Below, one piece after another: positions 1 to 9,723 of a DNA stretch of 64,000 nucleotides. This DNA comes from Planctomycetota bacterium. Its GTDB lineage: Bacteria; Planctomycetota; GCA-002687715; DRQF01. A program made the position numbers and the translations under genes. The stretch lies in the NCBI GenBank assembly GCA_036479435.1, contig JAZGFI010000103.1, forward strand, positions 1-64,000, in the 5' to 3' direction. Numbering within the stretch: position 1 is the stretch's first letter; every line of letters starts with the position of its first letter. The notes below the pieces were generated by a model. It saw only the letters and a list, made by a program, of their open reading frames with translations. It was not told the DNA's origin and did not search any database.

Positions 1-33
1 CACGCCCATTACAAATTCACTATCGTTACTCAT
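1..33 (-). CDS. 5' end of a gene running off the left edge (MSNDSEFVMGV...)
   Basis: ATG at 33 preceded by GGAG on the minus strand, downstream of the ygfZ-like gene; only 11 codons visible. Confidence 0.45.
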   Translation of the reverse strand, partial: MSNDSEFVMGV

Positions 34-132
34 GGCCGGTCTCCGTTTTTGTTTTGAGAAAAACACTGAGCCCCATTTTAGGTGAGCTCGACGACGGAGG
101 CCGGCCCTCTCATCTCATCTGGCACCGACTAG

Positions 133-1194
133 TCACTCTTGGTGTTTTGGCAGGCTGTAGATTTCTACTTTGTTGCCGTCTTGGTCTTTTAGGATTTGGC
201 CCGCTTCGTTGTGACGTCGTTTGGCGTAGCCCATAGCGATGGGGCGGGCCAGGTGATGCGAAAAGGCGGTGGACGTGACCCATCCGACTTTTTTGTCGCC
301 GTCGAAGAGCTCACTGCCGGCTGGCAGGACCTCCTTACTGTGAAAGCCGCAGAGGCGCTTGTTGGTTTGCCCGTAGGTGCGCAAGCGGGCGACGGTTTCT
401 TGTCCGACGTAGCAGCCCTTGGTGTAGCTGATGGCGTGCGCCATGTTGCATTCCGGCGCTAGGTTATCCTCACTGAGTTCTTGGCCCCATCTCGGCGTGC
501 CGGATTCGATGCGGAGGACTTCTTGTGCCTCAAAACCGACCGGAGGCAGTCCGCTGTTTCCAGCTAACCATCGGATGAACTCAAGGGAATCGGATAGTTC
601 GCATTCGATGAGAAAGGCCGGGACTCCATAGTCGGGGAGAGCTTGCGCTCGTAGCTCGAAGGTTTGCATGTTGAACTGCAATGAGTCGTAGTCCGCCAAT
701 TCAGATAGTGCTTGCGGGGCACCGAGGGCCAGTAGCTCCGTCACCGCCTTGGGACCGGCAATCAACACTCGGCCGTCTTCGGAACTCGCATCGCGAAGCG
801 TGCAGTCGGCGAGCATGGCGACCGGAGCTAACTTTTTCAGGATCACCGGGATGCGATTGGGATGCACCAGAACTCGGACTTGCCCGGGTGAAGGCTGGGC
901 CAAGATGAGGTCGGAGATCATGCGGCCCTTGCGGTCGAGGTAGGCGGCGTAGCCCCCGTTGCCCTCACTCCATCCGGCGACGTCGAGGGTTAGTTGGCCC
1001 TGGAGCATCTGGAGTACGGCCTCGCCCTCAAATTTGATCACTCCCCAGCCTCGCACATCCATCCAACCGCACTCATTGGCAAGAAGTCCTGCTTCTGCGG
1101 CTGAATCACCGAAATGACCCCAAGGGATGGGGAAGCCGCCAGATCCTTCGGCTTTGAGGCGAAGCATGATCTCGTCGAGTTCGTTGGCGCTCAC
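133..1194 (-). CDS. ygfZ: YgfZ/GcvT-family folate-binding protein (Fe-S cluster repair / aminomethyltransferase-like)
   Basis: KGCYVGQE signature, LQGQLT, RIESGTPRWG; GTG start at 1194 with GGAGG RBS. The ORF-track extension to 1992 is antisense to iscS. Confidence 0.85.
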   Translation of the reverse strand: MSANELDEIMLRLKAEGSGGFPIPWGHFGDSAAEAGLLANECGWMDVRGWGVIKFEGEAVLQMLQGQLTLDVAGWSEGNGGYAAYLDRKGRMISDLILAQPSPGQVRVLVHPNRIPVILKKLAPVAMLADCTLRDASSEDGRVLIAGPKAVTELLALGAPQALSELADYDSLQFNMQTFELRAQALPDYGVPAFLIECELSDSLEFIRWLAGNSGLPPVGFEAQEVLRIESGTPRWGQELSEDNLAPECNMAHAISYTKGCYVGQETVARLRTYGQTNKRLCGFHSKEVLPAGSELFDGDKKVGWVTSTAFSHHLARPIAMGYAKRRHNEAGQILKDQDGNKVEIYSLPKHQE

Positions 1195-1272
1195 TTCAAT
1201 CCTCCAGGATGATTGGTTGATGGGTGCGGAGGAGCGTATCATGAGCACTCTACTCGCTTTTTCGAGGGCACC

Positions 1273-2451
1273 ATGTGCGGCTCTGACGCAACGATCTATC
1301 TGGATAATAACGCCACCACACCCCTGGACCCTCGCGTCCTCGAGGTGATGATGCCCTATCTTCAGGGAAAGTTCGGTAACGCTGCGAGTCAGACCCACGT
1401 TTTTGGGCACGATGCGATGGACGCGGTGACCCGGGCGAGGTCGCAGATCGCGAAGCTCATTGGCGCCAAAGCCGACGAGATCGTCTTCACCAGTGGTGCT
1501 ACTGAATCGACCAATCTCGCGATCAAGGGTTTGGCCGAACATCTGGTCGCTGGGGCTCACCTGCTCACCGTGGGTACCGAACACAAAGCGACCCTCGACA
1601 CTGCGCACGCGCTTGAGCGACAAGGTTTCGAAGTCACTTACCTCGATGTTGATTCGGACGGGCTTTTGGACCTTGATGATTTGAAAAGTGCCTTGCGTCC
1701 TGAGACCTTCGTGGTGTCGGTCATGATGGCGAACAACGAAACGGGAGTTATCGCTCCGGTGGCGGAGATTGGTGAAATCTGTCGCTCCCACGGAGCGACA
1801 TTTCACAGCGATGCCGCGCAGGCCTTCGGGAAGATCCCGATCGACGTCAACAACATGATGATCGATCTGATGAGTGTTTCGGCTCACAAGATTTACGGCC
1901 CCAAGGGTTGTGGCGCGCTTTATGTTCGTCGTTTCGACGAAACCCAAGAGCGCGGTGCCAATCTCGCCGAGCAAATACACGGCGGAGGCCACGAGGGTGG
2001 CCGTCGCTCGGGTACTCTCAACGTGCCGGGCATTGTGGGGCTTGGCGAAGCCGCCAGGTTGGCTGGCCTTGAGATGGCCGAAGAGCGCTGCCGATTACTC
2101 GCTTTTCGCGACCGTTTTCTCAGCCAGATTCAAGACGGACTCGGGGCCGCCCACATCAATATCAACGGGTCGATGGAAAAACGGCTGGAGGGAAACCTCA
2201 ACGTCAGTTTTGATGGCGTATCCGGCGAAACCCTGATCATGGCGCTTTCGAAACTAGCGGTTTCCAGTGGCAGCGCCTGTAATTCCGATACGATTGAACC
2301 CAGTTACGTATTAAGGGGCCTGGGCCTCGATGACGAACGCGCACTCGGGGCTATTCGCTTTGGGTTTGGGCGTTTCAATACCGAACAAGAAATTGACGAA
2401 GCCGCTAAGATTGTGACCCAGGCCGTGACGGCGCTGCGGCAGATGGCCTGA
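1273..2451 (+). CDS. iscS: Cysteine desulfurase (IscS/NifS, class V PLP enzyme)
   Basis: IYLDNNATTP, FTSGATES, SAHKIYGPKG (PLP Lys), SSGSAC catalytic Cys. Confidence 0.93.
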   Translation: MCGSDATIYLDNNATTPLDPRVLEVMMPYLQGKFGNAASQTHVFGHDAMDAVTRARSQIAKLIGAKADEIVFTSGATESTNLAIKGLAEHLVAGAHLLTVGTEHKATLDTAHALERQGFEVTYLDVDSDGLLDLDDLKSALRPETFVVSVMMANNETGVIAPVAEIGEICRSHGATFHSDAAQAFGKIPIDVNNMMIDLMSVSAHKIYGPKGCGALYVRRFDETQERGANLAEQIHGGGHEGGRRSGTLNVPGIVGLGEAARLAGLEMAEERCRLLAFRDRFLSQIQDGLGAAHININGSMEKRLEGNLNVSFDGVSGETLIMALSKLAVSSGSACNSDTIEPSYVLRGLGLDDERALGAIRFGFGRFNTEQEIDEAAKIVTQAVTALRQMA

Positions 2452-2474
2452 GCGATGCACATGACGAGGAGTGA

Positions 2475-2801
2475 ATGATGATTATTGTGACCGATATGGC
2501 AGCAGAAAAGATTGGGAAGCTGAAGGCCGAGACCGGCGCCGCCGAGGAAACCGGCCTGCGCGTCGCCGTCGAGGGCGGCGGCTGCTCTGGTTTTCAGTAC
2601 AAGATGGACTTCGAACTCGAAAAAGATGGCGACAACGTGTTCAGCAACGGTGATGCTCGCGTCTTCGTCGATGCCAAGAGTCTGATGTTCGTCGACGGTT
2701 CAGTCCTCGATTACAACGAAGCGTTGACCAACGGCGGGTTCGTCATCAAAAACCCTCAGAGCACCGGCGATTGTGGCTGCGGCTTGTCGTTTTCGATGTG
2801 A
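2475..2801 (+). CDS. iscA: Iron-sulfur cluster assembly accessory protein (IscA/ErpA, HesB family)
   Basis: GGGCSGFQY and C-terminal CGCGLSF motifs; AGGAG RBS. Confidence 0.9.
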   Translation: MMIIVTDMAAEKIGKLKAETGAAEETGLRVAVEGGGCSGFQYKMDFELEKDGDNVFSNGDARVFVDAKSLMFVDGSVLDYNEALTNGGFVIKNPQSTGDCGCGLSFSM

Positions 2802-2971
2802 GTTGGAGTTAATTGAAAACAGCACCGCGTCGTCGGCCGTTCGATGACTCAGCGCTGCCGCCTTTGGGCCACGGTCTTAGCGGGTTTAGCCGCCAAGACG
2901 AGTGGCCTATCTTTTGAACCCCGGCCGGCGGCAAGTTGTGACGCTTATTTTGTGAGTTCTTGACCTTGGTG

Positions 2972-3433
2972 ATGAACCGTCAATTCGGATCGGCCCCCCT
3001 TTTTCACTTCGCGTTTGCCGTCGACGATCTGGAGGCCGCGCGGACTTTTTACCGGGATGGTTTGGGATGTCGTGAGGGCCGGTGTTCCGCCCAGTGGATC
3101 GATTTTGATTTCGGGGGGCACCAGATCGTCGCTCATTTAGTACCGACCACTCCCAAAACCGCAGCGCCACTCACCGGCCGCAATGTCGTCGACGGCCATG
3201 ACGTTCCAGTTCCTCACTTCGGATTGATCTTGGAACCTCTAGCATTCCACACCTTGGCGGATCGTTTACGAGCCATGGGCATCGTTTTTGTCATCGAGCC
3301 CTACTGCAGGTTCGCGGGCGAGGCCGGGGAGCAGTGGACGATGTTTGTGAATGATCCGAGCGGCAACACCCTGGAGTTCAAAGCCTTCGCCGACCGCCGC
3401 GCGGTTTTCGCACAGAAGCTATCGCTGCCCTAA
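2972..3433 (+). CDS. VOC/glyoxalase-family protein (putative extradiol dioxygenase)
   Basis: [49 protein letters not shown]. Confidence 0.85.
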   Translation: MNRQFGSAPLFHFAFAVDDLEAARTFYRDGLGCREGRCSAQWIDFDFGGHQIVAHLVPTTPKTAAPLTGRNVVDGHDVPVPHFGLILEPLAFHTLADRLRAMGIVFVIEPYCRFAGEAGEQWTMFVNDPSGNTLEFKAFADRRAVFAQKLSLP

Positions 3434-3494
3434 CCAACCATGTTGCGAGCCATGTATGGCCACGTTTCGGCCAGCTCGGAGAGACCCCGATATC

Positions 3495-3531
3495 AAAAAA
3501 GACCCCCCAGCCGCGCTGAGAGGTCTTTTTT
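3495..3531. terminator. Bidirectional intrinsic terminator between the VOC gene and tRNA-Gly
   Basis: AAAAAAGACC...GGTCTTTTTT inverted repeat with A/T tails. Confidence 0.7.
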
Positions 3532-3534
3532 GAG

Positions 3535-3606
3535 AGCGGGTGATGAGATTCGAACTCACGACAGCTGCCTTGGCAAGGCAGTGCTCTACCACTGAGCTAC
3601 ACCCGC
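3535..3606 (-). tRNA. tRNA-Gly (anticodon GCC), CCA not encoded
   Basis: Minus strand GCGGGTG-TAGCTCAGTGGTAGAGC-CTGCC TT GCC AA GGCAG-...GTTCGAATC-CACCCGC-T gives a full cloverleaf. Confidence 0.97.
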
Positions 3607-3755
3607 TGGGATGTGGCGGCATTCTATCGGGGTGCGAGACTCCCTCAAGCCTTCAAGGTGACAAAAAGAGTGATTTTCGCCGTCAGTTGGGAGCCTCAAC
3701 TGGCGGCTGCCGTTAGCATTAGCGACAGATCCGGACCTAGGAGGAGCCCAAAATC

Positions 3756-4937
3756 ATGATGACGCCTTGGACGGCCCGCTGGGGCCTTGTGGCCGCCTTA
3801 GTCTTGACCTCGGCCTGTTCGTCGACGCCGGAGCCCCGGCCCCGCAACTGGCAGCATACCCTAGATTTTGCCGCCACCATGATCGCAAGAGGAGACCACG
3901 GCCCGGCCCAGGCGGCGCTCTTGGACCTGCGCTACCGAAAAGGAGATGTGGAAGACCGAGTTCGGGGCTTCAAGCTGCTGGGAGATGCCGAGCTGGGGCT
4001 TGAGAATTGGGAGGCCGCGCTCAATGGCTACCACCGCGCTCGCGCTCTCAATCGCGATTCAGACCTTGAGTTTGTACGTGCCACCGCGTTTGGATTGGGA
4101 CGCGCGAACCAGGGCCTGAAACGCTGGACTTCAGCCGAAAGGCACTTTGAGGAGGCCTTATCCTCATCTGTGGAATCGAAACAGCGCGACCGGGTGAGAA
4201 TCTTTTTAGCGAAGGGCGCCTTGGCCCAATCGCGGCTTTCGCTGGCGCGACGGTGGTTGGCAGGTGTTCGCGACCCATCGGCTTTTCAGTTCCGAGAGCT
4301 GGCCGAAAAAGTGAGCTTGTCCGACGGCTTACCGGCCGGTCAGGGCGCCACGCCGCAGGGAGCCCGCGCCCTTAGCGACGCCGATGCGCCCGCCAAATTT
4401 CTCGCACCTCGTATTTTGCCGCGCGAAGAGTGGGCTGCAGCTTCATTGCGCATGCGCGGAAAGCCGGTGCGGATGACACGCCCCTACCGCATGACGATCC
4501 ATCACGGTGGTGATGGCAAGGCGGCACCGACGGATAAAGCCGCGGCGACGAAGGTGATGCGCGCCTATCAGCGGGAGCATTTCGGCCGAGGATGGGCCGA
4601 CATTGGCTATCACTTTGTCATCGATGGGGCGGGAAGAGTGTGGGAAGCGCGCTCGATGGACTGGCAAGGAGCCCACGCGGGTACCGAAGCCCTCAATCGG
4701 GGTAACATCGGTATTTGCTGTATGGGGACCTTTGAAACCGTAACGCCGTCCGAGGCTCAAAAGCGCAGCCTTTCTCAGCTCGTTCGTTTTCTGACTTCAC
4801 GTTACAAAATCCCTTGGCAACAAGTGCGCGGACATGACGAAACTCTTAGCTCTGAGCAGGGCCGCGCTACGGCTTGCCCGGGTGCGAGGCTGTCGACGTA
4901 TTTGGATTTTCTTCGCGCGGACTTGCGTTCCGAGTAG
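3756..4937 (+). CDS. Lipoprotein with TPR repeats and a C-terminal N-acetylmuramoyl-L-alanine amidase (Amidase_2/PGRP-like)
   Basis: Lipobox LTSAC; TPR-like helices; TIHH, GWADIGYHFVID, GAHAG, RGH, TACPG; AGGAGG RBS. Confidence 0.85.
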   Translation: MMTPWTARWGLVAALVLTSACSSTPEPRPRNWQHTLDFAATMIARGDHGPAQAALLDLRYRKGDVEDRVRGFKLLGDAELGLENWEAALNGYHRARALNRDSDLEFVRATAFGLGRANQGLKRWTSAERHFEEALSSSVESKQRDRVRIFLAKGALAQSRLSLARRWLAGVRDPSAFQFRELAEKVSLSDGLPAGQGATPQGARALSDADAPAKFLAPRILPREEWAAASLRMRGKPVRMTRPYRMTIHHGGDGKAAPTDKAAATKVMRAYQREHFGRGWADIGYHFVIDGAGRVWEARSMDWQGAHAGTEALNRGNIGICCMGTFETVTPSEAQKRSLSQLVRFLTSRYKIPWQQVRGHDETLSSEQGRATACPGARLSTYLDFLRADLRSE

Positions 4938-4943
4938 CAAGAA

Positions 4944-5393
4944 CTAAGGGCGCTGCGAGAACGGGATCAGCAGCGATTGTCCTTCAAGGAGACCCTCGCC
5001 GGGAACGAGGCCTGGGTTCACATCGAAGAATAGTTGTACGAGACGGCGGTCGCCGAGGTATTTGAGGGCCAAAGTCGCGAGAGTATCGCCGGCCGTGATG
5101 GTGTAGTTGTAGTCGACTCCGCGGGCCAACAGGTCTTCTTCGGCCAGGGTGAGGATTTCCTTATCGTCGACGTCGAGCAAACGGTCGAAGAATGGCGTCG
5201 CATCGTCTTGGGCGTAGAGGCTCGCTGAGGGTTGAAGACCGTCAACGACGTCCGGGCGCTGGATGAAAGCCTGGCGCTCGATCTCGGCTCGCCGGCCAGA
5301 TCCCATACATCCACGGTCCAAGAACAAAACGATGGGCAGGCAGACTCCCGAAAGCACGATCAACACCGCGACGCTTTTGTTGTCGATCTTCAT
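4944..5393 (-). CDS. Membrane-anchored LysM domain protein
   Basis: N-terminal TM helix; C-terminal YTITAGDTLATLALKYLG...NPGL...L.EGQSLLIP. Confidence 0.8.
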   Translation of the reverse strand: MKIDNKSVAVLIVLSGVCLPIVLFLDRGCMGSGRRAEIERQAFIQRPDVVDGLQPSASLYAQDDATPFFDRLLDVDDKEILTLAEEDLLARGVDYNYTITAGDTLATLALKYLGDRRLVQLFFDVNPGLVPGEGLLEGQSLLIPFSQRP

Positions 5394-5420
5394 GGCCTGC
5401 CTCCTAAATCCGACCGCTCA

Positions 5421-5459
5421 AAGAAAAGGGCTCCCACCGCACTATCGGTGGAAGCCCCT
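5421..5459 (-). terminator. Intrinsic terminator after secDF
   Basis: Minus strand GGGGCTTCCACCG...CGGTGGGAGCCC followed by TTTTCTT. Confidence 0.7.
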
Positions 5460-5509
5460 CCTTAGATCAAGAATTCTTTTGTCGCCAAAAAGCGACCATT
5501 GCCCATTCG

Positions 5510-8278
5510 CTAAGAGGCGGCGACCGCGGCCTTCGCGACTTTCTTGCTGCCTTTTTGCTCGCGGTTGTGCGCCCAGATGAGCAGGGGGCTGGCCACAAAC
5601 ATGGAGGAGTAGGTTCCGACCACAACCCCGATCAACAAGGTAAAGGCGAATCCTTCCAAGGGGCTTTCGATGCCGAGGTTGCAGAGCAACACCGCCAAAA
5701 CCACAAAGCCCGTGGTGAGCGAAGTCAAGATTGTCCGCGAGAGCGTTTGGTTGATGCTGCGATTTACCACGTCCCCAAAGGTGCCCTTCATGTTGTCCCG
5801 ATTCTCACGAATACGATCAAACACGACGATGGTGTCGTTCAAAGAGTAACCGATGATGGTCAAAAACGCCGCGACCACATTCAGCGAAATCGGCACATGA
5901 ATGATGCCAATGGCATTTGCCGCGACGGTCACGCCCATGGCGATGAACACGTCGTGGATCAAGGCCACGGCCGCTGCGAATCCAAACTTCAGCTCCTTAA
6001 AGCGGAACCAAATGTAGGCCAAGATGAACAGCAGCGACGCGACCATGGCTTGAATCGCCGAGGACTTCAGGTCAGAGACCACGCGGGGGCCGACGAAACG
6101 GGTGCCCTCGAAGGGACTCGACACTTCGATGCCGCCGATTTCGCGAATGCCCTTAAGGAAGCTCTCTGGGACACTCGGAGCGCCGTTGGCGTTGATGACC
6201 CCTGAGACGCGCCAAACTTTGCCTTCGCTGTCACTGCTAGCATTGCGCTTGTCGAGACCCGTTGCCGCAAGAGCAGTATCAATGTCTTTTTGCTCGGCTC
6301 TCGTCACCAAGTTGAGCGTAGCGCTCCAGCTTTGGCTGGTATTGTCGTAGTTGCGATCCACCAAAGAATCGGCGATCAGTTTGCCCGCGAGGACGGTTTC
6401 CAACTCTCGTTGGATGCGATCGTACTCGTCTTGTCCGTCCTCACCTTCTTGCGTTTCTGAAGAGTCAGACGGTGCGACATAGTCAAGGACAACCTTGATG
6501 TCCTTCGACTTGCCACCTTCGGGCGAGATCATCGCCACTTCGATCTTTTGGTAACGAGACTTGCCGGAGGCGTCGGTGATCTTTTTGATCGCGTCGCGAA
6601 CCTCGCCTTCCGCCATGGGTTCTTTGAACGCCATGCGGACCGAGGTGCCTCCCGTGAAGTCGAGACCGTATTTTTTGTCGCCGCCCGCAACGAACATCGT
6701 GACGCCGAGGACGACCAAGACGATCGAAAGGACTGCGGCCTTTTTGAACATCGCTTGGAAGTTGTACTTCGAGCTGGTGAGCAGGGCGCCGTACTTGATG
6801 TCCTTCAACCAACCCGCTTTCAGGGCCATGCCCATCAAGGTGCGGGTGATGTAAAGGGCTGAGAACATCGAACACACGATGCCGACCATCAGGGTGTAGC
6901 CGAATCCCTTGATGGGTCCTTGGCCGTAATACACCAAGAAGGCAGCAACGATGAAGGTGGTCAAGTTGGCATCGAAGATGGTGACGAAGGCGCGGTCGAA
7001 GCCGTTCTTGCTGGCTTGCAAGACGGTCTTACCTTTCGACAGTTCTTCGCGAATGCGCTCGAAAATAAGGATGTTGGCGTCCACTGCCATCCCGACCGTG
7101 AGCACGAGACCCGCGATTCCGGGCAGGGTGAGTGCTGCTTCCAGCAACATCAAGATGCCGAAGATCAACACGAAGTTGACGGTAAGTGCGATGACCGCAA
7201 AGACTCCGGAAATCCGGTAGTAGAAGAGCATCATGAACACGACGGCGGCCATGCCGATGATGAAGGCGATCATCCCGCGGTTGATTGCCTTGTGGCCCAA
7301 AGTAGCGCTGATTTCATCTTGCGAGATCAGAGTCGGCTTCAGTTTGAGCGAGCCGGATTTGAGGCAGTTGATCAGCCAAGCCTGCTCGGCTTCGGTGTAG
7401 CCGGTGCCGCCTTTGGTGATCTCGACGTTGTCTTTGAGGACGCCGTTAATGTTGGCGAGACTCCAAATCTCTCCGTTCAAGACCACGGCCATACCGCGTT
7501 CCATGAACTTGGAAGTGTAGGCCGCAAATTCAGTCTGATAGGCTTCGTCGACGTTGTAGGAAACGGCGCGCATGCCATTTTTGTCGAACGAGGTCTTGAC
7601 CGACTTGATCATCTTGCCGGTGAAACCGTCAAGGTCGCCCCCCCAAAAATCAGGGTCGAAGAACATCCAAGCCCCTGTGACCGCCCAGGGCTCTGCAACC
7701 AGCTGAGCGTTGTAGGTCTCCATCTCCGCGCGATAGTCTTCGTCGCTTTGCTTCTCTTTTTGCGCCGGGCGTTTGGGGTAGAACTTAAAGCCCGGTGGCG
7801 ATTGGAAGATTTTCCCGGCCTTCAGAGCGGCTTCGCGTCGGGCCGTGAGCTGTTGTTCGTTGAAGCTGACGCGTCCCGCCTTATCGCCGCTCTGCGCTTC
7901 GATAGGGAACTCAAGTCTTCCGACCTGGGTCATCTTGCGACGGATCTCATCGGTTTCCGACTTGGAGACGTCCCGACAAACGAGTTCGATGTAGTTGTCG
8001 CCAACCCGTCGAACTTGGATGTCATCCAGTCCTTGCGAGTTGATTCGCTGCGCGATCACGCCGACGGTTTCGTCGACGTCTTCGCGACTGAATCCGAGAG
8101 CATCGGTATCGGCTTGGTCGTCCGCGTTGTTCGTCAGTTCCGTCACCTGATAGGTGAGGATGCTGCCGCCACGAAGGTCGATGCCGAGCTTTACCGGCCA
8201 ATTTAGGGCCATGCAGGTGAGGGCCAAAGCCATCACGGCGCCGATCACCAAATAGCGAGTCACCAGGTTGCTGGTCAC
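5510..8278 (-). CDS. secDF: Protein translocase subunit SecDF (fused)
   Basis: LGIDLRGG, GMAVDANILIFERIREE, GLDFTGG, GYSLNDTIVVFDRIRE, RTILTS; GTG start with GAGGAG. Confidence 0.95.
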   Translation of the reverse strand: MTSNLVTRYLVIGAVMALALTCMALNWPVKLGIDLRGGSILTYQVTELTNNADDQADTDALGFSREDVDETVGVIAQRINSQGLDDIQVRRVGDNYIELVCRDVSKSETDEIRRKMTQVGRLEFPIEAQSGDKAGRVSFNEQQLTARREAALKAGKIFQSPPGFKFYPKRPAQKEKQSDEDYRAEMETYNAQLVAEPWAVTGAWMFFDPDFWGGDLDGFTGKMIKSVKTSFDKNGMRAVSYNVDEAYQTEFAAYTSKFMERGMAVVLNGEIWSLANINGVLKDNVEITKGGTGYTEAEQAWLINCLKSGSLKLKPTLISQDEISATLGHKAINRGMIAFIIGMAAVVFMMLFYYRISGVFAVIALTVNFVLIFGILMLLEAALTLPGIAGLVLTVGMAVDANILIFERIREELSKGKTVLQASKNGFDRAFVTIFDANLTTFIVAAFLVYYGQGPIKGFGYTLMVGIVCSMFSALYITRTLMGMALKAGWLKDIKYGALLTSSKYNFQAMFKKAAVLSIVLVVLGVTMFVAGGDKKYGLDFTGGTSVRMAFKEPMAEGEVRDAIKKITDASGKSRYQKIEVAMISPEGGKSKDIKVVLDYVAPSDSSETQEGEDGQDEYDRIQRELETVLAGKLIADSLVDRNYDNTSQSWSATLNLVTRAEQKDIDTALAATGLDKRNASSDSEGKVWRVSGVINANGAPSVPESFLKGIREIGGIEVSSPFEGTRFVGPRVVSDLKSSAIQAMVASLLFILAYIWFRFKELKFGFAAAVALIHDVFIAMGVTVAANAIGIIHVPISLNVVAAFLTIIGYSLNDTIVVFDRIRENRDNMKGTFGDVVNRSINQTLSRTILTSLTTGFVVLAVLLCNLGIESPLEGFAFTLLIGVVVGTYSSMFVASPLLIWAHNREQKGSKKVAKAAVAAS

Positions 8279-8412
8279 GTCTCAAACTCCTCTTGCTGCT
8301 TTTCCTCTTACGAGGAAATCCGGGTCTCGGATTCGCGGTGGCGAACCAAGCCCGGACCATTCGAAGGCGCCGCGTCATGGGATCAACTCGATCCCGCAGC
8401 GCGACGTTGTCT

Positions 8413-8775
8413 TTATTTCTTTTTGGTACGAACGTCGAGCTTTTCGCGAACGCGCGTGGCTTTGCCGACGCGATCTCGCAAGTAGTAAAGCTTCGCGCGG
8501 CGCACATCACCACGGCGAATGACGTTGATGGATTCGACTTTGGGTGAGTGCAGCGGGAAGGTGCGTTCAACCCCTTCACCCTGAACGATGCGGCGGATGG
8601 TGACGGCCTCGGACGGGCCTCGTCCACGGCGGGCAATTACCGTGCCGTGAAAGACCTGGGTACGGGTCTTGTCACCTTCTTTGATCTTCACCGCGACGTC
8701 GACCGTATCCCCGATCGCGAAGTCGGGAACCTCCGACTTCATCCACTGTTTTTCGATTTCGCTGAACTTGTCCAT
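8413..8775 (-). CDS. rplS: 50S ribosomal protein L19
   Basis: [34 protein letters not shown]. Confidence 0.98.
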   Translation of the reverse strand: MDKFSEIEKQWMKSEVPDFAIGDTVDVAVKIKEGDKTRTQVFHGTVIARRGRGPSEAVTIRRIVQGEGVERTFPLHSPKVESINVIRRGDVRRAKLYYLRDRVGKATRVREKLDVRTKKK

Positions 8776-8873
8776 CGCTCGTTCCGTCCTCGCCGACCCG
8801 TTTCGAGGGGCGGCCTAGTTGATATTTCTTGTTCTCACCGTTTTGGGGACGAACCCTCAAGGCAAAAACTTCG

Positions 8874-9569
8874 CTAACTCTCCGGTGGCGGCTCCAGCAG
8901 ATCGGGCCGGCGCTCTTGAGTGCACAAGCGCGCTTGCTCAAGGCGCCAAGCTTCAATCTTGGCGTGGTTACCTGAGCGCAAGACTTCAGGTACCGTCATC
9001 CCGCGAAACTCCACGGGTCTGGTGTAATGCGGATGGTCCAAGAGTCCGTTTTCAAAGGACTCACGAGCCGCTGATTCCGCGTCTCCAAGAACACCGGGCC
9101 GGAGTCTAACCAGCGAATCGATCAGAACCAACGCTGGTAGCTCGCCTTGGGTCAAGACGTAATCCCCGATCGACACTTCTTTTAGGGGCAGTCCGTCAAA
9201 GATTCTCTGGTCGAAACCCTCGTAGTGCCCGCAGAGGATAACGATTCGGATTTCTTTGCTTAAGTCTTTAGCCATAGTCTGGTTATAGCGCTCGCCCTGC
9301 GGCGACATCGCCAAAAGGGGGATCGAGTTCAGTTCCTCGGGGCTCAAAAAGCTCTCCAAGCACTCGAAGATCGGCTCGGGCTTCAGGACCATTCCCGGCC
9401 CGCCGCCAAAAGGCCGGTCGTCGGCTTTTCGGTGGACCCCCTTGGTGAAATCCCGGATGTCGTGAATCCGGTACTCCGCGCAGCCCTTGTCACGCGCGAT
9501 TTTCAGCATGCTCGTGTCGAGCACCGCCGCCATCATGTCGGGAAAAAGAGTGAGGATGTCGAATCGCAT
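8874..9569 (-). CDS. trmD: tRNA (guanine37-N1)-methyltransferase
   Basis: MRFDILTLFP, DDRPFGGGPGM, CGHYEGFDQR, SIGDYVL, YTRP, SGNH. Confidence 0.97.
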   Translation of the reverse strand: MRFDILTLFPDMMAAVLDTSMLKIARDKGCAEYRIHDIRDFTKGVHRKADDRPFGGGPGMVLKPEPIFECLESFLSPEELNSIPLLAMSPQGERYNQTMAKDLSKEIRIVILCGHYEGFDQRIFDGLPLKEVSIGDYVLTQGELPALVLIDSLVRLRPGVLGDAESAARESFENGLLDHPHYTRPVEFRGMTVPEVLRSGNHAKIEAWRLEQARLCTQERRPDLLEPPPES

Positions 9570-9723
9570 CGATCAGCTACCTTTGGATGCGCTTGATTCC
9601 GGCCCGGCCGGATGAAAGGGTGCAGGGGTTCCATGCTAGACCGCAGCGGTTCCGAAAAAACCGCGGTGGCTCCCAAGGATCGCCGATCGGACGCGTCACG
9701 ACAAGTTTGAAAGAAGCCCTTTG

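Noticed and set aside
1195..1992. 619-aa ORF as a large YgfZ fusion
   Set aside because: The N-terminal part is the antisense shadow of iscS; the real start is GTG 1194 with a GGAGG RBS
3440..3606. Genomic island integrated at tRNA-Gly
   Set aside because: No integrase and no duplicated tRNA 3' end seen in the window
6920..8206. Long alternative ORFs antisense to real genes (also 10394-11224, 45079-45903, 53807-54871, 56662-57429, 62432-63148)
   Set aside because: Stop-poor shadow frames typical of GC-rich coding DNA, with no recognisable motifs
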